Shown piece by piece: positions 22,246 to 34,093 of a stretch of DNA of 47,880 nt. A program made the position numbers and the translations under genes. Position 1 is the first letter of the stretch. Every line of letters begins with the position of its first letter. The notes under the pieces are model-generated. The model searched no databases. It was not told where the DNA came from and was given only the letters and a program-made list of their open reading frames with translations. The stretch is from Pelomyxa schiedti (taxonomy: Eukaryota > Protista > Evosea), in assembly GCA_020536535.1 (NCBI GenBank), contig JAHLWZ010000916.1, positions 1 to 47,880 of the forward strand. Reading direction: 5' to 3'.

Positions 22246-22677
22246 TAAGAAATTAAAAGTTTGAAGTTTCACATTGTTCAACTTTTTGAAAAAAAAGGAG
22301 GAGCTGATACTTCAATGTAAGAGGTAAAGGCAACCCTGTCATTGCATCATACACCCTTGTTGTGTTTGCACTGGCATCCTCCAAAGGTTGGTTTTACAGT
22401 TCTTTGGAGAGTCATGACAGTGGCCGTGGATGTTCATCTCTACGGTTGCTGTGAAGTACAGGCAGGCATAACACCAAGTTGGGTGCGAGCTGAGAGCGGC
22501 GCCATGCACCGGTGTGCCGAGAGTGTTTTCATCTCTACCTGGAGGAGGGCCTTTGCTGGTTACAAGAAAACAGACCTGATTATTTCTGTGAACCGGGAAA
22601 AAGCTGTTGATGCGAAGGTGAAAGTCCCCACACCTAACAACAACGTCACCATCGTGGGAAGTACGACTGTGGGGCTG

Positions 22678-23839
22678 ATGAAAGTTACTCGGGTTCATAA
22701 ACTTGCAGTGCTGATTATGGGAGTGGTGTTGGTGCCGCGCCTTGATGTTTCGGCGGCAGACGACTCCTCGCCGTCATTGTCGTCGTCATCATCATCCACG
22801 TCGACGGATGTATTTTGTGTGTAGATCTTCATTCTTTATCTATGTATGTAGGCACAGACACACACTGACTCTGAGTGGGAAGATTGCCCTGAGGTTACGG
22901 TGATAAATGACAACGAGAGTGCTTATTTTGGGTTGTGTACTTGTGATGTTTTGCCACAGGGTTGTTGGACTCTATACTACAGGGACTATGGTAACATCAC
23001 ATATAGTGGCTTTTTTTTTTTTTTTGTGCTAAACCGGCACAACTTAGGCTTGTGGTTCCAGTATAAACAGCTAATTGGAGCGATCACCATGCGAGTGTGC
23101 TCCAATTTTAGTTTGGCAGTGGAGGTATAACTTGTAATGCGCAATATGAGTATACCATTTATTGTAGACAGTTTGTGGACAACTGGTGCGATTATATCAA
23201 TTCATACACATGTACATCGAGCTATACTACAAAATGGACTGGCGAGAGCGACTGTTCATACCAAGTGTCTATAGATATGTCTGAGTTCTACGCAGAGAAC
23301 AAAATTTTCACGGTTAAATCGTATGCAACACTTTCACTCCTACTTCAGTCCGCTGATATTTCACAGTGCGTCATCATTAGCCTCATTTTTCATTATTACA
23401 TTGCCCAGCGAAAGTGCCGATTACCACTCTTCTTCTCTCAGCTCCGCTGACCACGTTACGTGGTCCTGTAAGTTTCCCCTCTATTGCACTAGCAGTACAA
23501 TTCTAATGTAGTTACAGTATGGTTCGTTCTCCTCTTTGTACTTGCTGGTGCAGGTTGTGCCGTTGGGCTCACTATATATATCTGCTACAAAAAGAGGTCC
23601 CTTTTTATATTCCACTTTTTTTTTTTTTGTAATGTATCCCAAGGAGAGCGAAACCCTACTCTAAAATTTCCGTAGACTTACAATGTCTACCCACTCCCTA
23701 TGGCGCTACTGCAGCACCTCCTGTTTTTACTCCCAATCTCATAGTGACAGGTACTGAAGAATCAACACAATACAAATTACCGCAACCGGCACACCCACCA
23801 CCTGCAACCACACAAACACCCATCAATAGTACCTTCTAG
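22678..23839 (+). CDS. Type I membrane protein with Cys-rich ectodomain, single TM helix and Pro/Thr-rich cytoplasmic tail; multi-exon
   Basis: Hydrophobic N-terminus (LAVLIMGVVLVP), Cys-containing exons (CPEVT, CTCDVLPQGCW, WCDYINSYTC), TM VTVWFVLLFVLAGAGCAVGLTIYIC followed by YKKR, tail with YSKI (YxxPhi); stop TAG at 23837-23839. Confidence 0.6.
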
Positions 23840-23913
23840 TGTAAAGTATAAAAACGGTTTTGGGTACAAAATCAAAAAATTTCTCTTTTTTACAACAACA
23901 TACTCCTTGGTGT

Positions 23914-25866
23914 TTAGCACCAGGAATGAGTCCCACTGTGAGTGTGGTGAACATGATTATGTGAATGGGCATTGTGGTGCCTGTTGCTGCTACCACTATG
24001 ATGATTACTGGTAGTGTGAGTGTGGTAGTGGTAGTGGTGATGATGGCGATGGTGGTTGTGAGCATAATTGTGATTGTGATTCCTGTTGTAATGGTGTGTA
24101 TTAAGCCGGGCTGTACATTCATCATCCCCTTCACACCCGCTATCTTCCACAGGTTGATATGGAGTGGGTGGTACTTGGTACGCAGTATCAATCCCGCAAC
24201 AGCTGCACCTATCCAAGCAAGTGCACCTCCCACAAGTGCTACTTCTTGGTGAAGTGCTGCTAGTCACGCTGCTGATATTGCTGAAGGGAAGCTGTTTGCG
24301 GGTGAACTGGGGTGATGACGGCGGTGAGGATGGAGATAGTACAGGGAGTGGAGAGGGTGGGGACAGTATTTGCGGGGTTGGGATTGGTGGTGATGGCAGT
24401 GCGAGGTTATTGTTCACGAGGTTGTTATTGTTTTCCGGGAAGGCTGAGAACCTATCCGAGTCCACATAGTCGCAAATGTCACAGATGTTGCGGCGTATTT
24501 CCTGGTCCACCCAATCCCCGCCGGCCATGCTATCCTCTGCCTCATCCGGGCTTTCTTTGGAGTTTCGGCTTGCTAAAGCATGCTTAAAACTCTTGAAGTC
24601 CGGTGTGTGGCGCCAGAGGTAATAGTGTCTTACACACTTCTCCTGATTTATGTGGCACTGGGAATGTGGTTGGAAAATTCGGGGAAGAAATAGAAAGCGC
24701 TTACATGCTCGGCTATGGAATCAAACTTTTTCCCGTACTGCATTAGAGCAGACTTGAAAACTTCATGTTCCATTGGTGTCCAACTATCCGCAAGAGTATC
24801 TTGGAGGAAGAATTAGTGTTGAAATCAACCTTAGGTGGTACATACAACAGTTAGGGGATTCTAATGCTTTTAGTGCCACGTCAACCTGATAAGAGGATTG
24901 ATGCAAATTCTCGAGATGTGCTTCAAGCATTCCCGGCTTTGTCTGACACTGCAAAAGGTACGAATCCACTGAAATTAAGGTAAGAATGAGCCAGGTAAAT
25001 ATTGTAAATATTACTTTGTTCATCGCTGATAGCGGTATGGTCCCAAATAACTTTTCCAGTTGATTGAACTCTATACTGTTCACGTTCTTTGGATGTACGT
25101 TAAAAGAGAATAAAAAGAAAGGGGCACACGGCAACAAATAACCCGCAAACCAATGGAATAAAAGTAAAACAAAAATAACAGTTTCTAAAGATATGTCACC
25201 TTTTAATCCGAAAAGGATAGGAATGGAAGCTTGAGGTCTCCTCCTCTTGCTTCCTCTACTAACAAGGCCTCTCCCGTAGTAAGAACCTGTTCCCACATCA
25301 ATGTCCCCTCCTTCCACTTGAGAAGAAGACTCTACCCCCAGCCCGGAACCTTAATGATTCATGAATATCATACTTATCTATTATACGTTCTATAATTATA
25401 CCAGAGAATGTGGCTTGTTGGTCCGGCGGGGGCCTCTTTCTTGACGGTGATGATGATGTTGATGTCAATTTGCTGTCATACGCGAAATTATACGCGGGGT
25501 CGTTGTCTATGTCAGCACTCAGAGGGTCCTCTCCAAAGGCTGTGTGAGACTGCGGGGACCCATCGGGCCTGAATTTGGTTTCATTTTGAGAAGACCCGGA
25601 ACGCCGCGACGGTTGGGAAAAATCTGACGAGCCGATTTGTGAACTGTTTCCAGAGGAAGATGTCCGTGTCCCGATTGTGGGACTGAGCCTGCTGTACATG
25701 TCGAAAGGGTGAGGTTGTCTATCCCCAGGGTAGCCTTCTTGTATGCCTCGCAGGGAGGACAAGAAATCTTCTGAGTTCCTGGGTCGGACCTCTTTTGAAG
25801 GAAGGAAGAAACATCAGATACAGATAAAGTGATTGATGAAAATTTGTATTTCAGAGAAGGCGACAT
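23914..25866 (-). CDS. ELM2-SANT/Myb domain chromatin regulator (MIER/RCOR-like) with His-rich tail; multi-exon
   Basis: SANT-like WTPMEHEVFKSALMQYGKKFDSIAEH...KCVRHYYLWR, preceded by LHQSSYQVDVAL and an ELM2-like IDVG...QASIP segment. Confidence 0.7.
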
Positions 25867-26288
25867 CGTCGGGCGAAAAAAACCAAGTTGCCCTCATCGC
25901 CGCTTTATTTTTTTTCCCTCCGTCGTCGACGGAAACACACAAAAAGGTGCGACATGTGGTCGTGGGAAAAAACCTGTTGTTGTCGCCGTCGTAGATTGTC
26001 GAAACGAACGAGTTCTAGCTATTTTCGTGCGTGTCGGTGTTGGTCCGGTGTGGTTGCGCGTCTATTACTAATCCCCGATAGCGACGGTTAGCTCCTTTTT
26101 TGTTTTTTTTCTAACCCTCTTTCAAGGAAAGAAGGAGCAACTTTGCTATCCCCCTTTTTCCTTTTCGAAAAAAAAAACCAACTGCGGGTGTTGGTGACGC
26201 GTGGAAAAAAGGGAGAAATTGAGAATACGACTGTAAGAGATACAAGATACTCACTTCCAGGAAATGATAATTTCTTCCGTAAACTGAC

Positions 26289-27297
26289 TCACGACTTCTT
26301 GTACCTAGCATAGGGCTCCTCGTTCACGTCGTAGCCCGTAAGCCACGGCTTCCAGTCTGATTTGTTCTTGGCTTTCCATGCCGGATACTTGAGTGCGTTC
26401 TCGTGGATTGTAGAAACCATTTTTGGTGACAGCTTGGTCATAGCCCAGTTCACAATGCTTGTTGGTAGCCACCCTTTAGGGTCACTCTGTGCAAGGTGAG
26501 AAGGGCATTTTCCGCATTGTTAGGTGAGTGCCAACCTGAGAGTAGAATAGTAAAATGCAACCGCCCTCGGGACGCCTTCGGACAATGTAACCACCCAAGT
26601 GCGACCAGCCCCTCACAAATCCCTTCCTGTCTGGGCATCCCTCGTGTGGTACGCTGTGATTGAAGATGACCCATTCGTTGCGTTCCGGAAATACACGCCA
26701 TGTGCGGTGGTTACAGAAGTCCCGGTTCGCCATTGGTGTTGGCATCTTGACTGCAAAGTTAAATTCGGGTGGAACGGAAATATAATACCTTAGCAGCGTA
26801 ATAACCGACTTCGTTAAATCCGTCAATTTGTTGTACAATAGAACCCTGAGAAAAAATAAACATTGCGGTGTTGCGCGAGTTAAATTCCAACCTCAATCAT
26901 ATTGTTATCCCATTCTCTGCGGAAGTAGTGATCGTGCTATACAAAGTTAAACTTTTATTGTTGGTACGGGAGAAATACCAAAACGTCGTACAAAACTTCG
27001 GGTTCAACATCGGTATAATACGTGTGCATTTTGATAGCGGTGATCGGAGAGTTTGACATGTTCTGAGATATTGGGTATTTTAAAAAAAGAGAAAAGAAAA
27101 GGAAAAAAGAGAAAAACCAAACAAAAAGAAAGGAGTGATAACAAATTTACCTTCTTCCATAACTTGAGCGTGGGGTCTTCGTACACCAAAGCCCACGAAG
27201 GGTCGGTTGCATCGACTTCGGCGACAAACCTTTGGAAGTCCTCGGTGGTCGCAACAAGACCTCCGGGGCCAGTAACTGGTGGCGTGACAGCGGCCAT
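26289..27297 (-). CDS. START-domain lipid transfer protein (PCTP/STARD10-like), multi-exon
   Basis: Motifs YDVLHDHYFRREWD, PMANRDF, KGFVRG, SDPKGWLPTSIVNW and KYPAWK. Confidence 0.9.
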
Positions 27298-27663
27298 TAC
27301 ACAAAATTGGTTTTTCCCGCTCAAAAAATGGGAGTACCTGCACAGCATTAGCACTTCATGTTACCTATTCTGTCGCCATTGTGGTTGTTTGACGTACCTC
27401 TCGGTCCCTCTTTGTTACGGTTGTGTGGTCTGTTGTGTTTGTTTTTTTTAAATTTTGTTTATTCGCGATCTTGCTTTGCGGAAAGAAGAAAAAACTAAAC
27501 AGAAACATCAATCCCCTGCTCAGCAACTGCCTCCAATTTTGATCGAGGACTCTGACAGATCGCAGCACTACTTCGTTTAATTCCCAGAGTCGTTGGTTGT
27601 GTGTGGTGTGAGTGAGATCTCTCTGCTTTGTTGTTGTGGTTACAGCATACAACTACTGCGGGC

Positions 27664-30600
27664 ATGTCGTCGTTCGTTTCTTCGTCAATGTCGGCGTCGT
27701 CGTCATCCGGTACTAATATTACGACGACGCAACGGGGTGTTGACATGGGTCTTGCCGTCACTTTCGCGATGTGGGCAGCGGGAATGCCAGCCATCTATGT
27801 CGGCTTTCTGGTGCTGAGGAAGATGTTCAGGATTGTATTTGAGGCGCAGACAATACGCACAAAGTGAGTGCTCTCACTCTCTTTCTCCTTTTCCTCTACA
27901 TTCTGAGTGACAAGGAGCACTTCAGGTTGAACGCCGAGTATTACAAACGAAACCCATGGGAAGAAGCAAAGGACATTCCACCCCCTTCTCACAATGGTTT
28001 TTACTGGCTAGTGCGATCACTCACTTGGTCTGACGAAGCACTTTTTGACTACATTGGCTTAGATGCTGTCATGTAATTCTCAAATTGCCTTAGTCGAAAT
28101 CCCATTCTCTTCAGGTTCATCCGGCAAATGAGGACGTTGATTGTTCTAGCACTTGTCTTTTTTATTTATGCTGTTGGTGTATGTGCACGAGGCCCTCAAC
28201 TTCAATGACACAACACCAGGTCATTCTCCCTATAAATTCCATTGGTACCAATAGACAATCTGCAATAACGGATGCAGAACATACATCGTAACCTCCCTCT
28301 TTCCAACAAAGAGTCTCACAATGTCACAGGGGGCTTGCTATTCTGACTATGGCAAATATTAATAGTTCTGACAAGAGTGAACGTAATCTGTTGTATGTTC
28401 ACGCTTTCGGTTGTGTGCTTACTACTCTTTGCATACTTATAGCTCAGTACCGAAACTACGCTTTTGTACGATTTTATTTTATATTATTGCCGAGATATTT
28501 CTAACATAAATTAGTTCATCAAATGGTCTGCGCGATTCCACAAAAAGTGCCTTCCGCAAAATTATTCTTGTTACTTGAAGAAAGTTCCTTCTGACCATAA
28601 CCACGAATCGGTATTAATTTGCCCGTGCTGAAGTGCAATAACACAGTTCCAGTTGAATGATCTTCTGGGAACTATGTTTGGCAAGGACCACATTTTATCC
28701 GTGCAACCAATACCTTATCTACCACAATTGGAAGATGAGAATAAGAAATTTAATGAGTACTTGTCAAAGATGGAGGAGGTTGAATGCATCAAGTTAGCAA
28801 GTTAACTTTTGAAAAGGCGGAGTATGACTTCAAACACTCCAAGGATCACAAGCGCCCTACAACTCGCGCAATACTTGACTCACCCTTGCCTGACCTGGGG
28901 ATGTCCTCTCCAAAAGAAATTGCGAAGCTTGGCTCCAAAGTCACCAGTAAATTCAAAGAAGTTGATGCCCTAGACTACTTTCAGAACAGTCTTGTGAATT
29001 CTGCTAAGAAAATAGAAACGCTGCAGTCTACAGCTCTAGAAACAGCTCCACAAACAGCGTACTTTTTGTCCCTTCTTTTATCAAATACAAATTCCCCTCC
29101 AATAAAGCTAACCAAAAAAAGATCAGCTTTTGTAACTTTTACTGATGCCCTGACAGCAATGAAATGCGTACAAACTATTCTTGTGTCCCCAGGAGTCATC
29201 ACACCAAGTCGTGCACCGCACCCTGAGAATGTACAATTCAAATTCCCTAGCAAAAACTGCTTAAATGCTTCAGGTGTTATGGCAAAATCAACACATCAGT
29301 TCCTGGCAACGTTCGTTGAGATTGTTGGCTATCGATGTGGTTCTTTTCTTCCTTATCTGGATCTGGATGATTCCAGTTGGTACCAAAAAAAGATCCTGCG
29401 AAGAATGTCATCTCACATACACATAGGATTTGCTGTTTCACTGTTTAGTATTGCCACATTGGAACAGATTCCAGGCGGGAAAGATCTTGTTGAGGCGTTG
29501 CCGGCTTCTGTTCTTGCAATTTTGAATGGATTTTTACCTTCACTGGTGGTTATTATCTGCTTTTCTATTTTGGAGCCTTTGCTTATTTTCATCGTAAAGT
29601 TAGAAGGTTTTTTCCTCCCAAGAACATCCCTATTCTCACTGGCAAATAGGGTTGCTCACTAACCTAGAAGAAAAACGCACGTACGACATTTCTGGCTCAC
29701 GGTGTTTCTAATGTTTCCACAGTGTCCTAAATTTGTGGTTTTTATTTTTAGTCCTGAATGTCTTCTTAGTTTCCACTCTGGCAAACTCTATTCTTGGTTT
29801 GCTCTCAGTACCAAGGCACAAAAATTAACATTGCAATAGGAGCATTGGAACAAATTAAGATGCTTGTTGATCCCATGGCTGTAGTTGACATGTTGGCAAA
29901 GGCTCTTCCATCGCAATCTGCCTATTTTATGAACTACATTTTGGTATTAACATACACTCTGCATGCCTAAATTGACACAAATAAGATGGGAGCCTTATCT
30001 TCATCCATTTCACTGCTGAGGCCTCAAGACATAGGATTGCGCTTTATCAAGAGACTAATTGCAAAGACCGACCGGGATCTACGGGTAAACTCCCTCAATT
30101 TTCTTGTTAAGCACTGAACAACTTGTTAGGCGGCTGATTACCCTGCCGAGTTTGATTACATGTGTTACTATGGGCAGACCACCCTAGTATTCACAATCAT
30201 GCTTACTTATACACCTATTGCTCCTCTTATTGTGCCTTTTGCTGTGTTCTATTATGTATCTCACAATGTGATGCACACTTACAACGTGATGTACGTCATC
30301 CTTCTGCATTCTATCGCAACTAACTTTCCAATTCCTTCATAGTTATGTCTACCGGCCTTCTCATGATGAGGGTTTGTTGTGGGGCACTACCTTTGACCAA
30401 ATCTTTGTTGGTACACTAGTCAGCCAGGTATTGCCGTGCAATACAAAGTACCTTGCCACCACCCTTACCATCCACAGGCCATACTGTTTGGAATTCTTTC
30501 ATTGAACCTATTTACTGGCGGGATGGTCATAGTTGCAATCATTCTCGTTTTGACGTGCGTACATATCATCATACACCAATCATTCCCCGGTACCTTCCTC

Positions 30601-31023
30601 ACACATTAATACAGAGCCATAGCGTGGTACATCATGCACCAGCACTTTGCGCAGTACAGCCGGGTTGGGTCGCTGCACCAGGTCATCAACATGCCGCCGT
30701 CGCTGGCCCGCATCCGCGCCGACGAGCAGACCCTCGTAGTCGACGCGTACAAGCACCCGCTGCTCAAGCCCCTGCACACGCAGGTCATAACCACAGTGAG
30801 CTACACGCCGGTGGGCGAGGCCGCGGCCAGCCTGCTTGTGCCCGTCAGCGTGATCAACGACGTGGAGCTCGGGGAGGGGCCGTCGCCGTCCCAGCACACG
30901 CCCAAGCAGGACCAGCACAAGCACAAGCATAAGCACAAGAACAAGCACAGCAAGGACACCCCGACGTCGTCGTCGACATCAGAGGAAAGTGAAGCCCTCA
31001 TGTCCAACCAGGACGACACCTAA
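27664..31023 (+). CDS. OSCA/TMEM63 (CSC1-like) mechanosensitive cation channel, multi-exon
   Basis: Motifs IGLDAVMFIR, LTMANI, AFVTF, RAPHPENVLWQN, LPSQSAYFMNYIL and YTPIAPLIVPFAVFYY. Confidence 0.92.
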
Positions 31024-31042
31024 ATTAGTGTAAAAAAAAAAA

Positions 31043-31214
31043 GGTCGGTTAACCTTCCTTACCTTACGCGCCGAGACACACGAACCACATGTAGGCCGGG
31101 AGCAACACCACGAGCAACACCACGACAATACTACAACGGGCATCCCTAGCAACGTCTATTGCCAGACAACAGCGTCAACCTCAGTACTTAGCGTCCACGT
31201 ACAGGCCACCAGCC
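31043..31214 (-). ncRNA. Candidate RNA polymerase III non-coding RNA, about 172 nt, class unknown
   Basis: On the minus strand: TATATA starting 30 nt upstream (31244-31239), 5' GGCTGGTGGCCT able to pair with 3' AGGTTAACCGACC, followed immediately by T11 (31032-31042). GC-rich and intergenic, with no ORF in the track. Confidence 0.45.
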
Positions 31215-31523
31215 ACGCGCATGTGCAGAGGCTATGGCTATATACTCCCACAATGTCCACGTATAACTCTTCAATCGTTCATTCCAAAAAAATACCAGTC
31301 TCCACTCATAAGGGGCAGATCCCACAATCATCTACAAATCATAACCCTTTGAACCGCTAGTATACCCCAATTGTGGTACCTGCCCGGCAGGCTACTCTGA
31401 CCCAGAGGTCCCGCGCTTTTGTTCCCAGGTGCTAATTTTTCACATTTGTTTTTTCCCAACCCACCTGACCAAATAAGAAGAATAAAAACAAAAAATACAA
31501 CAACAACAAGATCGTGCGGCACA

Positions 31524-31677
31524 GTTAAGGGGATGCTGGCGTTTGGCGTTGGTTTCCTGTACTTCACTGGCATCATCATGAGTGGTGGCTTTGGGGTTAA
31601 GGGGATGCTGGCGTTTGGCGTTGGTTTCCTGTACTTCACTGGCATCATCATGAGTGGTGGCTTTGGGGTTAAGGGGA
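31524..31677. repeat. Perfect 72-bp direct tandem duplication (2 copies plus a 10-nt third start, GTTAAGGGGA)
   Basis: Units start at 31524, 31596 and 31668; the two full copies are identical. Confidence 0.95.
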
Positions 31678-31793
31678 ACCACACAAAACACAGCTACGTA
31701 GCTGTGTTTTGTGTGGACTTTGTACTATTTTGTTGCTATCTATGTTTGAGTGACAGTGTTACGAAAAACTCAAAACAGATTCTTTTTTTGCCT

Positions 31794-33783
31794 TCACCCA
31801 AGCCAATTAGAAACCATCCTGTAAAATACACCACCATTTGCTTTCTCCTTTTCATACTCCTGTTGTGCCCTCACCACTCTCTCAAGCATCTCCGCTGCGG
31901 TTAACCTCTGTCGAGGAATAAATAAAATAACAAAGGAGGCTCCAACATACTTTGGTGGGATCCTGGTCCCAGGAACACACAAACGCATCAATCTGAAGGT
32001 ATTTCAGAATAAATAAAGAGAAGAAGTAAGCACACCAAATAGTCTGGAAGCTTGCGCCGGGGGTGCGTATTGGGAACATCTTGTGTAATGGTAGGGCGCT
32101 TTCCACCCACAGTAACATCCTTGTAGAGATTCACAGATGGAGCAAACAAGTGGACTTCAAACAACAGCTCAAAGAGAGTGAAAGTTACCGCGAACCTTTT
32201 GATGTTAGAGTTCCGGAAAAGGAAATCAGACTGGCTCACATATCTGAGGCTTTAGAGGGGCCTCGGAAGCCATAGTATTCTGTCAATTCCGGGGCTTTAT
32301 AAGGTACTTCCGATATTATATGCATCATTAGACATCAGCATGTTGGTAATATAACGGGTACCGGTTCCTGCTGCAGGGCCTGGCTTTGCTTCTGAGATCA
32401 ACATAGCAAATCCAAAATCACTAATCTTTAAATGGTGTTTTTGCAATTGGACTTGAAACCATTTAACCTTCAACTTCATAGTTGGGTCCAAAAGTAAGTT
32501 AGCCGGTTTCAAATCACTGAAAAGAAAAGATTTAGATTGAGAAATGCAATCTGAAAGACTCTTACTTATGTAGCATGCCCAATTGGATGTGCAGGTAATT
32601 AAGAGCACAAAGCTATGTTGGTGTGATTAGAAGATCATATCGAACAAATAGTACAATTTGTCTGCACATGTCTAGCTTCATCTCATATGTTAAGGTAATG
32701 TTGCGCAATCTTTCTTCTTCTATGTCCTGCCTATCGTGCAAAAGGGTGTACAGAGAGCATGACATTCTTTCCATTAAAATAATGAATTGGTTTTTGGCTA
32801 TGCTTATTCCTAATCCAACATAAGAAACAGTTACATAATACACAGCTCACCCATAAATAAGACAACGTGGGGATGTGCCGCGGCCCTAAGATGTGTAACT
32901 ACTACAAGAAGAGACTGACGGGTACCTCAAGCTTTTTACTTCGGTTGCTAGATCTTCAATTTTCCGTGTATTGTTCATATCAATGGGAATAACTTTGATG
33001 GCGAATTGGGAACCATGAACCTCAGCTGTAGCCAGTAAGAGAGAAAGCAAATTAGTTAAATGCTGGATGTAAAAATAATGCACCTCGGTAAACCCGCCCA
33101 AATGAGCCTTCATCAATGTAACCCGTCTCCTCATATTTGATGTCGGCTCTACTGAAGAATTTTTCAGGTTCCACTACACGAGCCATTGTTGCTATCACTC
33201 TTCTCTCCAGCTCTGCTTGGATTAGGGTCTCATATTCCTCAACCGCGGTCCTAAGTGCCATTTGCTCCTGTTCCAAAGCTGCCTCGCGCCCAAGATTACA
33301 AGTGATCTGTTGTGTCAATCCATGATCAGAAGAGGTTGTAGTGTTGGAAACGGTATGGGAAATCATTTCATGAGCCGGACGATCCCCGCCAGTTTGACCA
33401 ACGCCGCCATCATCGGCATGCATAGAATCCTGCAAATTTGGCAAGTTGGCAGCGTTTGGCGCATCGTCTTCAGGGTTGTCTGCAGGCCTCTGGTCGCTAT
33501 CGTGGTATTCAATGTGTACTGGCCAGCCATCATGGCGTCCGTGCCCGGGAATCGTGTAGTTTTGCCGGCCCAGTGCTGAGTCTGTGCCCCCACGGTGCGA
33601 GAAACATATCCACGCGATGCCGTGCGACACGCAAATGATTGTACTGTGGGTTGATTGGAGCTGAAAAACAAACCAGATCTCAACATACAGAGGACCATCG
33701 TCGCGAAACAAGGCATGGATCTCGTAGTTCTTAGTTTTCTTGGGAAGGCCCACAGCCCGCAGAACCGGCTCCTTGGCCGTCAT
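31794..33783 (-). CDS. TKL-like protein kinase (non-RD, HNDLKPAN), multi-exon
   Basis: IDEGSFGRVY, FAIKVI, HPHVVLFMG, HNDLKPANLL, ISDFGFA, GTVPYKAPE, ASDMFAV and WDQDPTKR after splicing. Confidence 0.9.
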
Positions 33784-33985
33784 GTGTAGTTGTCTGGTTT
33801 TGTTTCAGATCTGACAGAGGCGGTGGTCTTTGTCGTATGCCTCCCGCCAAAAAATTCGGAATTCAAAGACTCTGCACACTGTGCAGAGTTCTGTACCCCC
33901 AGTGTAAACACTATCCTGTTGTCGTCGGGAATGGGACGGTTCCAGAGGAGGGAGTTCTAGTGTATTTGCCGGTACAGCAACAACA

Positions 33986-34059
33986 ATGGTGATTGTCGGG
34001 CTTGGCGGACGGCGAGAGGACGTGGGGTCGCTGTTGATGCGTGCGGTGAAGGACACGTC

Positions 34060-34093
<34 letters not shown>

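Noticed and set aside
22342-22677. 5' part of the 160-aa ORF as a gene or ankyrin-family remnant
   Set aside because: Only a faint HRCAE similarity; not enough to call. The downstream ATG at 22678 explains the membrane protein.
31043-31220. Resemblance to the 5' two-thirds of 7SL/SRP RNA (GCCTGTA, TGTAGT, TAAGGAAGGTTAACCGACC)
   Set aside because: The essential helix 8 (SRP54-binding GNRA hairpin) and the 3' strand of helix 5 are absent; the T-run follows immediately. Kept only as an unclassified RNA candidate.
31355-31425. RNase MRP-like fragments on the minus strand (GGACCTCTGGGTCAGAG; ACAATTGGGGTATACT)
   Set aside because: No complementary CR-I strand to form P4, and the spacing is far too short.
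31524-31677. CRISPR-like repeat-spacer pattern, or C/D snoRNA (ATGATGA on the minus strand)
   Set aside because: The spacers are identical, the repeat is only 10 nt, the context is eukaryotic, and no box D (CTGA) lies at a suitable distance.
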